From: Patescibacteria group bacterium
GTDB lineage: Bacteria > Patescibacteriota > Doudnabacteria > UBA920
DNA: 64,000 nucleotides
Assembly (NCBI GenBank): GCA_013387205.1
Contig: WARV01000008.1
Span: forward strand, 136-64,135
Direction: 5' to 3'
The translations under genes were made by a program, and so were the position numbers. Below, piece by piece: positions 8,812-18,700 of this stretch (the first letter of the stretch is position 1; the number at the start of each line of letters is the position of its first letter). The notes beneath the pieces are model-generated. The model was not told the origin of the DNA. It saw only the letters and a list, made by a program, of their open reading frames with translations, and made no database searches.

Positions 8812-9594
8812 ATGAAAGGGATAATTCTTTCCGGAGGGAGCGGCACCAGGCTTAGCCCGCTGACCAAAGTAACCAGCAAGCAGCTTTTGCCGGTTTATAA
8901 CAAACCGATGATTATGTATCCGGTAGAAACTCTGCTTAAGGCAGGTATTAAGGATATTTTAATCATCATTGCGCCGGACCACCCAGGCGATTACATGAAA
9001 CTGCTTGGAAGCGGCAAGGATTTTGGCGCCAGGTTTACGTATGAAATCCAGGACAAGCCGGAAGGGCTGGCGCAGGCTTTTTTAATTGGCGCGGATTTTA
9101 TCGACAACGACAGCGTGTGCATGATTTTAGGGGATAATATTTTTGAAGATGATTTTTCCGAAACCATCAGGAATTTCAAAAGCGGCGCGCACCTGTTCGC
9201 CAAGGAAGTTGAAGATCCGGAGCGTTTTGGAGTGGTAAAGTTTGACGAAAATATGAAGGCTGTGAAGATTGAGGAAAAACCGAAGGAATATTTGTCCAAC
9301 TATGCCATCACTGGCTTGTATTTATATGATAATCGCGTGGTAGAGGTTGCCGAGCAGGCCAAGCCTTCGGCTAGAGGCGAATTAGAAATTACGGAATTGC
9401 ACAATTGGTATTTAAAGCAGGGCGATATTAAAGTAGATATAGTCAATGGAGAATGGGTGGACGCAGGAACGTTTGAGTCTTTGTTTAAGGCAAACGAAAT
9501 CGCGAGAAAAAAACATTCTCTACTAAATACTAAAAGTACTAAATATACTAAAAATATCAAAGAATGCTTTAATGATATCATTGCTGGTGTATAG
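8812..9594 (+). CDS. rfbA: Glucose-1-phosphate thymidylyltransferase
   Basis: GIILSGGSGTRLSP, KQLLPVYNKPMI, EEKP, SARGELEIT, WVDAGT. Confidence 0.97.
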   Translation: MKGIILSGGSGTRLSPLTKVTSKQLLPVYNKPMIMYPVETLLKAGIKDILIIIAPDHPGDYMKLLGSGKDFGARFTYEIQDKPEGLAQAFLIGADFIDNDSVCMILGDNIFEDDFSETIRNFKSGAHLFAKEVEDPERFGVVKFDENMKAVKIEEKPKEYLSNYAITGLYLYDNRVVEVAEQAKPSARGELEITELHNWYLKQGDIKVDIVNGEWVDAGTFESLFKANEIARKKHSLLNTKSTKYTKNIKECFNDIIAGV

Positions 9595-9630
9595 CTTTAG
9601 TATATTTAGTATTATTTCGTATTTAGTAGA
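9519..9630. repeat. Family D periodic inverted repeat (TACTAAATA); second copy inverted at 53924-54037
   Basis: TCTACTAAATACTAA...TATTTAGTAGA arms; spacer also conserved between the copies. Confidence 0.85.
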
Positions 9631-9636
9631 AAATAT

Positions 9637-10581
9637 ATGACACTTAAAACTCAAAAAATTATATCAGCGGTAATGGTTGGCACGGCGGTTTTTGGCGGCT
9701 TTGAATTGCTTGCTGTGATTTTGAATTTAAACCAGGTTTCCATTTATTTGAATACGGCATTTTGGATTTATGGCTTTTTGCTTTTGTTCATGGCAATTTT
9801 ATTCGATCTGCATTTTAAAAATCCCGGCGCTTTGAAAAGGGCGATGCTCAGGCACGAAAACGTGCAGCATCGCCTGGTTAGGATGGCCAAAATAACCATA
9901 AGCGCTGTTTTTGACAGGGTGAGCCACATCCATACCTGGAAATACCTAAAGCGGCTTTTGGTGTCGTTTATAATTCCCGGCTTCGCCTACTGGGCGACCA
10001 TCGCGCTTTTATACGTGAATTTCGGCAACGTTAAACTGCAACAGGCGTTTATTCTGCTGTCATCTTTGGCGTTAATTGCCATCTATTGGTTTTTCAAAGA
10101 AACATTTTCCAGGCAGAAAGAAGTAGTCGATAGCGACATATTCGTAATCTCAACTGTCGTAAAAATTTATACGTCGGCAATTTTGTTCGCCGCGTCAATC
10201 TCTTTGGTAAGAAGATATTGCCTTGGCTCCGAGCTGCTCGTTTTAGGCACGTTCAGTTTTACTTTTTTGCTGATTTACCAGGCGCTTGTCCAGCACAAAA
10301 TGAATAGCTTTAAAAACATTTTAATTACCTTGGCGATATCTTTAATAATGGCCCATATTGGGTATTTTATTTTGGTTTACTGGGGGTTTAATTTTTATAC
10401 GGCAGCCGCATTTTGGACGGTCTGTTACAATTTGTTTTGGGGAATTTTCCACTATTATTTGGATAGGGCTTTGACCAAACTGGCTTTTTTTGAAATTTTG
10501 GCCGTTTCTTTGCTGATAGGATTCATGCTTTTTAATGTGACGAATTTTAAAGCCCAGTTGCTTGACGCTTGCGTATATTAG
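9637..10581 (+). CDS. Multi-pass membrane protein of unknown function
   Basis: About 9 TM segments; C-terminal half resembles 3902..4660 (YNLFWGIFHYY). Confidence 0.75.
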   Translation: MTLKTQKIISAVMVGTAVFGGFELLAVILNLNQVSIYLNTAFWIYGFLLLFMAILFDLHFKNPGALKRAMLRHENVQHRLVRMAKITISAVFDRVSHIHTWKYLKRLLVSFIIPGFAYWATIALLYVNFGNVKLQQAFILLSSLALIAIYWFFKETFSRQKEVVDSDIFVISTVVKIYTSAILFAASISLVRRYCLGSELLVLGTFSFTFLLIYQALVQHKMNSFKNILITLAISLIMAHIGYFILVYWGFNFYTAAAFWTVCYNLFWGIFHYYLDRALTKLAFFEILAVSLLIGFMLFNVTNFKAQLLDACVY

Positions 10582-10605
10582 GTTCAAATCAAAATTTGAT
10601 AGATT

Positions 10606-10643
10606 AAAAAAACTACCCGAAGGCTAAGCTCTCGGGTAGTTTT
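10606..10643. terminator. Bidirectional terminator between convergent genes
   Basis: AAAAAAACTACCCGA...TCGGGTAGTTTT. Confidence 0.8.
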
Positions 10644-10684
10644 GTAAATTCTTATATCTTATATCATACATCTTAAATCATAAC

Positions 10685-11782
10685 TCAGGCGAAATACATC
10701 AATGCAATTACAATCAAAGAAATAATAAGTATTGTAATGTTGTTTATTTTGCGGTCGAAGTTCGCAAGTTTTTTTTGCAGGACTACTTTCGCGTCAGCCA
10801 AAAGGAAATAAAGCACGACAATCCCTAATCCCAAAACAAAATAACGGTTAAGGCTGTTTTTTCCCTGGGCTTCATCGATTAAATTTTGCGGTATAACGGC
10901 ATCAGCAGAGGTTTTAAACGTATTATTACTTTGAGTGGTATCGGCCGTTGAAGCTTTGGCGGTTGCAGTTGTAGTTGGGCTTTTGGCCTGTGTGGAATTT
11001 TGCTCCAGGCTGTCTCGCGGTTTTAAACTAGCTGAAGACGTAGAATTTTGGGTAGCTGCAGGCTTTGCATCGGCAATTTGCACAGGAGCGGGGGTGGGTG
11101 TGGAAATTGGCGCGGGTTTTGCCGCTGGAGTTGCTGGCTTTGGCGCAGGCTGTGGAGCTGGTTTTGGGGTCGGAGCAGGCGGCGGGGGAGTGGTTTTTTG
11201 CGCCTTAACAAGCAAAGCGCCAAAAGTATTTACAATAGCTGAATGGTATTGTTCCAAAGACGAATTGCCAAAGTCCAAACCCATTCCTTGGTCTTTAAAA
11301 CCTTCCTGCAAAATGTTGGCGCGGTGGGTCGGGCTGTTCATCCAGGCGGAAACCAAACTTTCTGTGCTTGAAAATTCAATGGCCAAATTTTCGCCGAGCT
11401 GCAAATACGGCGAATACCCCGCAGCTACAATTTTATCCCAAATATAATTTCCTTCAGGATCGATATGGCTAAAGTAGTGCCTGGCAATCATGTCGTCGGC
11501 CTTGCTTTGCGCGGCTGACGACAGTTTAAAATTCGTATTTAAGGCGGCTAAATTCCGCATGGTGCGCTCTTTGTTTATCGCGCTCAGAATATTTTCCGGA
11601 GTCAAATCTGAAGCGAAAGAATTCGGTACAGGCTTAAAAAGCAAAGAAATGGCGATTTTGAAAATCAAAAATAGCAGCAAAATAATTGCCAGGGATTCAA
11701 GCTTGAGTATTTTAGGAAAAGTGGCAGCCGGGGCTGTGACAGAAATGCCGGCTTCGTCGTTTAACGGGTTAATGTTCTCCAT
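10685..11782 (-). CDS. CAP/SCP domain membrane protein with Pro/Thr-rich linker
   Basis: INKER, AAQSKADDM, HYFSH, GENLA, WMNSPTHRANIL; C-terminal TMs. Confidence 0.9.
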   Translation of the reverse strand: MENINPLNDEAGISVTAPAATFPKILKLESLAIILLLFLIFKIAISLLFKPVPNSFASDLTPENILSAINKERTMRNLAALNTNFKLSSAAQSKADDMIARHYFSHIDPEGNYIWDKIVAAGYSPYLQLGENLAIEFSSTESLVSAWMNSPTHRANILQEGFKDQGMGLDFGNSSLEQYHSAIVNTFGALLVKAQKTTPPPPAPTPKPAPQPAPKPATPAAKPAPISTPTPAPVQIADAKPAATQNSTSSASLKPRDSLEQNSTQAKSPTTTATAKASTADTTQSNNTFKTSADAVIPQNLIDEAQGKNSLNRYFVLGLGIVVLYFLLADAKVVLQKKLANFDRKINNITILIISLIVIALMYFA

Positions 11783-11907
11783 TAGGGTATGTCATTATCA
11801 TTAATAGCGCTTTTAAGGTAATGGCGGCTTTCTCGCATTGGCCGACCAATGGCCAAAATGCTTGTTTGGCCTTATTCATAAGGTATTTTAGCATTTATCC
11901 TATGCTC

Positions 11908-11936
11908 TTGACAAATCTATAAAATTATGCTAAGAT
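11908..11936 (+). promoter_or_regulatory. sigma70 promoter of the sortase gene
   Basis: TTGACA-N17-TAAGAT with extended TG. Confidence 0.65.
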
Positions 11937-11991
11937 AAGCAGTTAAATGATTATTCTTTACCCATAAATCCCCAACAAAACTATCAAAACT

Positions 11992-13434
11992 ATGTCCGAC
12001 CACAGCCTCAAAAAAACTGAAAAAAAGTATCCGATTGCAACCGCGGAAATCGCGCAGATTTTTGGCTTGCCTGAATCTAGCATTGCGGAAGGCGCTTTGC
12101 CGGTTGTCAGCGATAAGGACAGTAGCGGACATGTTCCGGGATTTTCCAATGCTGCCGGCAATTTACCCGTAAAAGATTTGCCTGTTTTAGACAGCCATAC
12201 TCCTGAAAATATTCCACACGTTGCGGGTTTAAGCGAAGCCAGGCCCGTGCAAAAAGATTTAACTAAAAATATTGCTGCTTTAACAGGCTCTGGCAAAATT
12301 CCGCCGACCGGCCATATGAATGATGCAAATTTGTTAAACCAAAACCCCGGCGGTTCTAAGTTTGTAAAATTTTTGAAAAACATCGCTCCTTACGTTGCGG
12401 TTTTTTCCATCGGCATATTTTTGTATTTCTTTTTCTTCACCAAAACCGATTTTTCAAAAATCTTCAACATAAAACCGAAAGCGGAAACTCCGCAGCAAAG
12501 CGCCATTAAGCAGCTTGAAAGCAAGAGTATGGTTGGTTACCAGAACTGGATAAGCGGCTTTTACTTTGATGTTTCAGATCCGGAAGTGCTGAATCCTGAC
12601 GCTGATAATTCCGGCAATGGCTTGTCTAACTTCCAAAAATATCTTTTGAATTTAAACCCTAAATCTTACGATACTTTGGGACTTGGCATGGCTGACAGCG
12701 AAGCGCTGGCCCAGGGGATAAACCCGCTTACCGGCGGAAAGCTTAATGAGAACCAAAAAAATATCATCAGCAAATACTTTGACATGGAAGTCATTATGAA
12801 CAGGCTGGCTTTAAGCCAATTGCAAAAAAACGGCCAGGTTGCAGGGACAAATGTCGGCATCAACAACAGCATGGGCGCATACAGAAGTTTTGGCAGCCAA
12901 CCGGCACAGTCTGGCAATGTCAATGCCAATGTTGCCGCTAACGGAAACGTTGACCCGGTCATGCTAAGCGAATCTGACGTGAACACTTCCATTCCGGGCA
13001 GGTTGGAAATTCCTGACCTTGGAGTAAATGTGCCGATTATCTGGTCAAGCGACCCTAAAAACTTTGAGCAGGATTTAAAGAGCGGCGTGGTGCATTATCC
13101 TGGCACTGCCATGCCGGGGCAAATCGGCACTGCTTACATTTCCGGACACTCCAGCAACTACGCATGGGCAAAAGGAAATTACAATAAAGTATTTTCCAAA
13201 CTTGGCGATTTGGCAGATAACACTTCATTTAAAATCACTGTAGTAAACAAATCCGGCAAAGACGTGATATATCATTACGTGGTTGTCGGCAGGCAGCAGT
13301 ACGATGCCAAAGACCAGGCTCAATTCAGGAACGCGGGCCAGTCAGTCGTGGCTTTATCCACTTGCTGGCCAGTCGGTACTACTGCCAAGAGATTGGTCGT
13401 GTACGGACAAATGACACAGGTAGAAAATAAGTAA
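11992..13434 (+). CDS. Sortase with N-terminal cytoplasmic region, TM and acidic Ca-binding-like (TSP3-like) repeats
   Basis: HYPGTAMPG...ISGHSS...LSTCWP...KRLVV gives the His/Cys/Arg triad; NPDADNSGNGLSN...NPKSYDTLGLGMADSE repeats. Confidence 0.9.
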   Translation: MSDHSLKKTEKKYPIATAEIAQIFGLPESSIAEGALPVVSDKDSSGHVPGFSNAAGNLPVKDLPVLDSHTPENIPHVAGLSEARPVQKDLTKNIAALTGSGKIPPTGHMNDANLLNQNPGGSKFVKFLKNIAPYVAVFSIGIFLYFFFFTKTDFSKIFNIKPKAETPQQSAIKQLESKSMVGYQNWISGFYFDVSDPEVLNPDADNSGNGLSNFQKYLLNLNPKSYDTLGLGMADSEALAQGINPLTGGKLNENQKNIISKYFDMEVIMNRLALSQLQKNGQVAGTNVGINNSMGAYRSFGSQPAQSGNVNANVAANGNVDPVMLSESDVNTSIPGRLEIPDLGVNVPIIWSSDPKNFEQDLKSGVVHYPGTAMPGQIGTAYISGHSSNYAWAKGNYNKVFSKLGDLADNTSFKITVVNKSGKDVIYHYVVVGRQQYDAKDQAQFRNAGQSVVALSTCWPVGTTAKRLVVYGQMTQVENK

Positions 13435-13436
13435 AA

Positions 13437-13580
13437 TAGAATTGACCTAATTAACCTAATTATTTCTAATTATTCTAAATAAATCCTAATGACTAAACCC
13501 CAAAATCTGGTCGTAATTGGGTATTGGGACTTAGACATTATTTAGGTCAATTAGAGTAATTAGAATAATTAGGTTAATTC
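13437..13580. repeat. Family A periodic inverted repeat
   Basis: GAATTGACCTAATTAACCTAATT...AATTAGAATAATTAGGTTAATTC. Confidence 0.85.
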
Positions 13581-13717
13581 TTTGCTGAGTAGATCGTATT
13601 CATTAGCTTATAACGAATACTATTCTACTCGGCTATTCGGCCGGTAGATGCCTCCGAAAGGCGGCAAAAAATACGGTCGAAAAGACGAGTGACGAATTCT
13701 AAGGAGGAATTCAAGTT

Positions 13718-15235
13718 ATGAAGAACGCTATGAACGCGATGTTTTTTGCGGTGATGGCTGCTATTCTCGCCGCAGGTACGGTTTTCGGACAGGAGACGCT
13801 GTTTCAGCTTCCTGTGGAGAAATCTTCAACCCAGCTTCTGCAGGAAATGCAGAAGCCGCGGGAAAAAACCATCACGGTTGCCGGCGTCAGGCTTTTCCAG
13901 CCTTTGCCGACTGAGAAATCGGTCGTCGACGACGAACATATGATCAGCGCCCTGCAAATGATCCTGACCGGCCCGAACGCCGACAGGTTTCGTGCAGATT
14001 ACGGGCAATTGCCAACTAGGCAGGAGCAAGAAGCGTTGGTTTTGTTGTACAAGCCAGACGCGGCAACAGCGACTGTCACCAGAAGGCTGTTTAAACCGGA
14101 CGAAGTTACCATTATCAACGACCCGGCATTAGTCCTTGAGCCAGGTGACTGGCGCGTGTTCCATCGCTGGAATGTTGACCCGATTTTGAATCGGGAAAAG
14201 CAGACCAGCGAGAACCGCATCACGCAGATATCTGACCTCAAGCGGTTTTTGCCGCTCATCAATTCCCGGATTGATCAAACAAGCTATCCGGCGGAAATTA
14301 AAGATGAGTGGAAGACTGTTCTCGAGAACTGCATTGACGGCTTAACTGGAGAATATGCCGGGTACTGCAAAGAAGTTGTGGTGTCCGAGTGGGCCCAGTA
14401 TTGGGAATTGATGCTCGGCGGCAGGTCTCACGCAGCCAAAGTGCATTACGTTCCTGACCCGGAATGGCGCGACGCCAAAGCAGTGGCCATGTTCTTGCCA
14501 AAAGCGGGAATGTGGGTAGCACAAGGCTTTGCATGCTGGGGAAATCCGTTTGTTCCGTACCAGTCGCATCGCTTTGATGTGACGAAGACGGAAGTGCAGC
14601 CAATCCCAGGATTCGGCTGTAAGATCTCCCAAGACAAGTCTGTCCTGTCCAGCAGGACAGATAGCGCAGCTTTCAAGCTTTCGGTATTCAGCGACAGTAC
14701 GCCGATTAAGATGGATTTTACAAGTCCATACTCTTCGGTAGATTGGTACCTGGATGCCAGGCTTATGACTCGAAATGTAATGAATGTTGAAGTGTTCGGG
14801 TCAGATCTCGGCGCTCCCGGCGGACCTTATCGGGTCCTCGCACGCGTGACCATTGGCAAGCAGCAAGTGGAATGTTACGGTGATTTGATGTATAAGGAAC
14901 TTCCACCTGTTGTTCCGCCTAAAGTTGTTATTCCGCCGCCAACTCCAATAGTACCGCCTCCAGTAGTTACGCCGCCGCCAAAGCCGGAATGTCCGGAATG
15001 CAAGCACAAGGTTTGGCCTTGGATTCTGGGAGCAGCGGTCGCTGGCGGAGCTGTATGCGGCATCACGTATGCAGCGCACGTCGCGCCATGCGGTCACGAA
15101 GAAAAAGTAACACCGACCAAAACACCAATAGGCCCCGGACAAATAATGGGATCGAGCGCAACAACAATCACGCCATCAGTATTTATCGATCCTAGGACAC
15201 GTACCAAAGCCTTCGGCTTTAAGGTTCGCTTCTAG
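13718..15235 (+). CDS. Secreted, membrane-anchored hypothetical protein with Pro-rich linker
   Basis: AAGGAGG SD, signal peptide, PPVVPPKVVIPPP linker, CPEC, hydrophobic anchor. Confidence 0.8.
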   Translation: MKNAMNAMFFAVMAAILAAGTVFGQETLFQLPVEKSSTQLLQEMQKPREKTITVAGVRLFQPLPTEKSVVDDEHMISALQMILTGPNADRFRADYGQLPTRQEQEALVLLYKPDAATATVTRRLFKPDEVTIINDPALVLEPGDWRVFHRWNVDPILNREKQTSENRITQISDLKRFLPLINSRIDQTSYPAEIKDEWKTVLENCIDGLTGEYAGYCKEVVVSEWAQYWELMLGGRSHAAKVHYVPDPEWRDAKAVAMFLPKAGMWVAQGFACWGNPFVPYQSHRFDVTKTEVQPIPGFGCKISQDKSVLSSRTDSAAFKLSVFSDSTPIKMDFTSPYSSVDWYLDARLMTRNVMNVEVFGSDLGAPGGPYRVLARVTIGKQQVECYGDLMYKELPPVVPPKVVIPPPTPIVPPPVVTPPPKPECPECKHKVWPWILGAAVAGGAVCGITYAAHVAPCGHEEKVTPTKTPIGPGQIMGSSATTITPSVFIDPRTRTKAFGFKVRF

Positions 15236-15249
15236 CGTTTAATCGGCGA

Positions 15250-15290
15250 AGGGGTGGGGGATTAGCCAAAAGCTATTCTCCCATCCCTCT
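15250..15290 (+). terminator. Hairpin after the 505-aa ORF
   Basis: GGGGTGGGGGATTAGC...GCTATTCTCCCATCCC. Confidence 0.5.
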
Positions 15291-15412
15291 CATACCTTTA
15301 AGGAAAAATTAAGATCTCTGGTTAAAATCCGTCAAAATCATCAGAATTAAGCGGAATTTAACGAGGGATGTTATAAATACGATAAAAATATAAAAAATCT
15401 AAATTTTTTTAG

Positions 15413-15571
15413 TGTCATTGCGAGCGATTTAAGGTCCGCCAGCTGGCGGATTGGCTTAAATTGCGTGGCAATCTAAGCAGGGAAAGATTACTTCCCCCTT
15501 CGCTAAAGCTACGTCGGACAAGTCGGATGCCCCAAAGGAGCCTCTTTGAGGCACTCCTCCTCGCAATGACA
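15413..15571. repeat. RPE/REP-like element (GTCATTGCGAG...CTCGCAATGAC) with three nested micro-hairpins
   Basis: Terminal IR; related copies at 23250, 23372, 31784, 33532 and 51322. Confidence 0.85.
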
Positions 15572-15682
15572 GGTAATTAATTGCATTTCACAAATCTCAA
15601 AAATCAGCTATAATAATATATCTTATTAATGCGAGAAATTATTAAATTAGCCTTGTTTTAAGGATTTTTTAGTAAATTAGCC

Positions 15683-15711
15683 TTGACAAAGAGGGGAAAA
15701 AGGCGTATAAT
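15683..15711 (+). promoter_or_regulatory. Consensus sigma70 promoter
   Basis: TTGACA-N17-TATAAT, 23 nt before the ATG. Confidence 0.8.
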
Positions 15712-15734
15712 AGTAGGTCATTAAAATATAATAT

Positions 15735-18700
15735 ATGAACCAAATGTTTTCAAAAATCTCTATAAAGACAGCTTTTCTGGCCGCTTTTGCAGTACTTGCT
15801 TTGTTAGCTTTGGCGCCAAGAAAGATTGATATAACCCAGGCCGAAAGCTGCTCAAACCCTCCGACTCATCCGGCATTTAATGTCTATCAAATAGATTTTT
15901 CCGGAAGCGGCTGTACTGATTACCCGACCATGATGGCCAGGGTTTTGCGTAATGGCCAGGAAATCCAAGGCTACCAGAGCGTGTATAATTCAGGCGCCAA
16001 TGCCCAAGCTGGCGATGAATTAGACGTTGTTGTTTACGTGCACAACGGCGCTGCGGAAAACTTAGACCCAGAACAAACTACCGCACGCGGAATTTATTTG
16101 AATACTACAGTCGACGGCACCTTTGAACCGGAACATACCATTAGCGTGACTGTCACTTCGCAGAACGCTGCTACCGTAAACGGCGCTTTTGGCATACATA
16201 CCGCTTCCAATGAAGCTTTGCAGGTTATCCCGAATAGCGGAGCCGTCTACGAACGCGGCAATCCAAACGCAATCCAGAGCGGATTGAACATCGGCGATAA
16301 TTCTTTTTCTTTGGGCGACATGCACGCCTGCTACCAATATTTGCGCTTCGTGCACTTTAGGGTTAAAGTCGTTGCCAAGCAAGTCCAGCCGACCGCAAAC
16401 ATTAGCGCCCAAGTCGGCTCGCAGGTCAACGGACAGTGCTTGCTTAACGGCAGCGTTACCTGGTCTTCGGAAAATGTCACTAACCCGCGCGTTTACGTAA
16501 AAGACGTGAATGATAATTTTGAACAATTGTTGGCTTCTGCTCCAAACGGCACTTCTGACACGCCTTGGCTTAAGCCGAACGATTCTTACATTTTTACTTT
16601 CAGGGGCGATAATATCCAGGACAAAACCGCCAATGTCACGACCGGCAATTTGAGCTGCGCTGTTCCGCCTGCCGGCAAAAACACTATCACTGCCCAAGCC
16701 GGCAACCAGATTGGCGCGCAGTGTTTGAGGGATGGTACTGTGAGCTGGACCAACGCTTCCAATGTCTCTATTGTGGAAGTTACTGTCCAGGATATTACCA
16801 CCAGTTCTCCGGTTAACAGCATAACCGGCCCTGCCGGCTTTCCCAACAGCAGCAGCGACACTCCTTGGCTGACCCCGGGCGATACTTTTCGCTATATTTT
16901 GTACGATACTACCAATGGCCAGCATACGGAACTGGCCAGGTATGATTTAAACGTGCCCACTTTAAACTGTGTCGTCACGCCTCCTGTCAGCTACACCCTG
17001 ACTACCAACAAGACTGATTATTGCGTGGGCGACATCCCGCAGTACACCATCACTTCTTCTCCAGCTTTGGCCGGCAAGAAAATCTTGTGGTCTTCTTTCT
17101 TCAACGGCCAGCCGACTGGCGAAATTAACACGGACTACGGTTTTTACCTGGACGCCAACGGCTTCTGGTCTGCTTATGGCAGCGGCTGGTACAGCAAAGA
17201 CATTGGTTCCTGGGTCAAGGAAGCCAACATTGACGGCGTGAAAAAGTCTGTCAGCTTTACCGTAAGGAACTGCGCGGCTCCGGTACCTACTTTAACCTGT
17301 ACTCCAGAAAACCAGACAACTGACATAGGCACAATCGTGTTCTTTACTGCTAATGGTGGAACTAGTCCTTATACCTTTACCGCTCCGGAAGGCGTAAATT
17401 CTTTCCCGAACGGAAGTAGTGGTTTCCATACCACGTATTTCAGCGCGGGCGACAAAGTTGTGACTGTTAAAAGCACTGATGGCCAGACAGCCATTTGTAA
17501 TGTGCATGTAAAAACCCCCCCGTCCCAGACTTTAGTTTGTTCTCCTTCTAGCCAGACTGTAAATGTAAACCAATCAGCCCTCTTTTCGGCAACCGGCGGC
17601 AAGGGAAGTTATACCTGGATAGCCAACGGCGGCAGCCCGGCGTCCGGAGCCGGCGGTTCTTTCTCTACGCAATACGCGTCCAGTGGCAGTAAGACCGTAA
17701 CTGTAGCCAGCAGCGACGGGCAGACGGCAAATTGTTACGTGCAGGTGAGCCCGCCGATTGAGCAGAATTTGGTTTGTACCACTTTAACTCCTTCTGTTGA
17801 TATTAACCAGACAGCCAATTTTTCCGCTACAGGCGGCAATGGCTCGTATTCCTGGTCTGCGGTTGAAGGATATCCTTCAAGCGGGGTTGGAAACAGCTTT
17901 TCTTCAAAATTCGCTACCAGCGGCAGCAAGACAGCTGTGGTAACAAGTGGCAGCAAAACCGCCACATGTTACGTGCAGGTTAGCCAGCCCGTAGTACAAA
18001 AAGGCGTATTGCAGATTTCCAAAGAAGTCAGGAATGTGACAAGCGGCGGGGATTTCAGCCATACAGCTTTCGCCAACCAGAATGACATAGTGGAATACCG
18101 CATTAAGGTATCGGCTGCGACTAATGTAGTGTTACAAAACGTTAAAGTAACCGATACTAGCAATTCCGGAATCGCTTACGTTGACGGAACTTTAACCCAG
18201 GACGGCGCAGTCCATGCTCCGGGGCTAACCTCTGGCGGCATTATTATCAGCCAGGTTGGGCAGACTCCGGTAGTGTTTACCTATAGGGCAAAAGTTTTAA
18301 TCAATAGCGGATCTGTCATAAACACGGCTTCGGCTTCTGCTGATAACGCCATTAACACTCCTTATGACCAGGCAGTTGTTACTGTTACTTTTATACAGCC
18401 CGGCCAGCCATCTATGACCATTACCAAGCAGGTGATGAATGTTACCAAAAATACCGGCTTTAGCTCTTCTGTTTCCGCAACCAAAGGCGATACTGTAAAA
18501 TACCAGATTGTTGTTTCTAACGTAGGAAACGCGGATGCTACTAATGTTTTCGTTAATGACAGCAACCCGATTGGCAACATAACAGGATTAACAGTATCAA
18601 GAAGCGGTTTTGGCGGAACGTTCGGCGCAAGCGGGATTTCTTTGGGCACTTTGGCCAAAGGAGAAAGCGTGACCATAACTTACAGCGGTACTGTGAATAT

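Noticed and set aside
10935-11804. + strand ORFs including a Gly/Ala-rich 170-aa ORF
   Set aside because: Antisense to the Pro/Thr-rich CAP protein gene.
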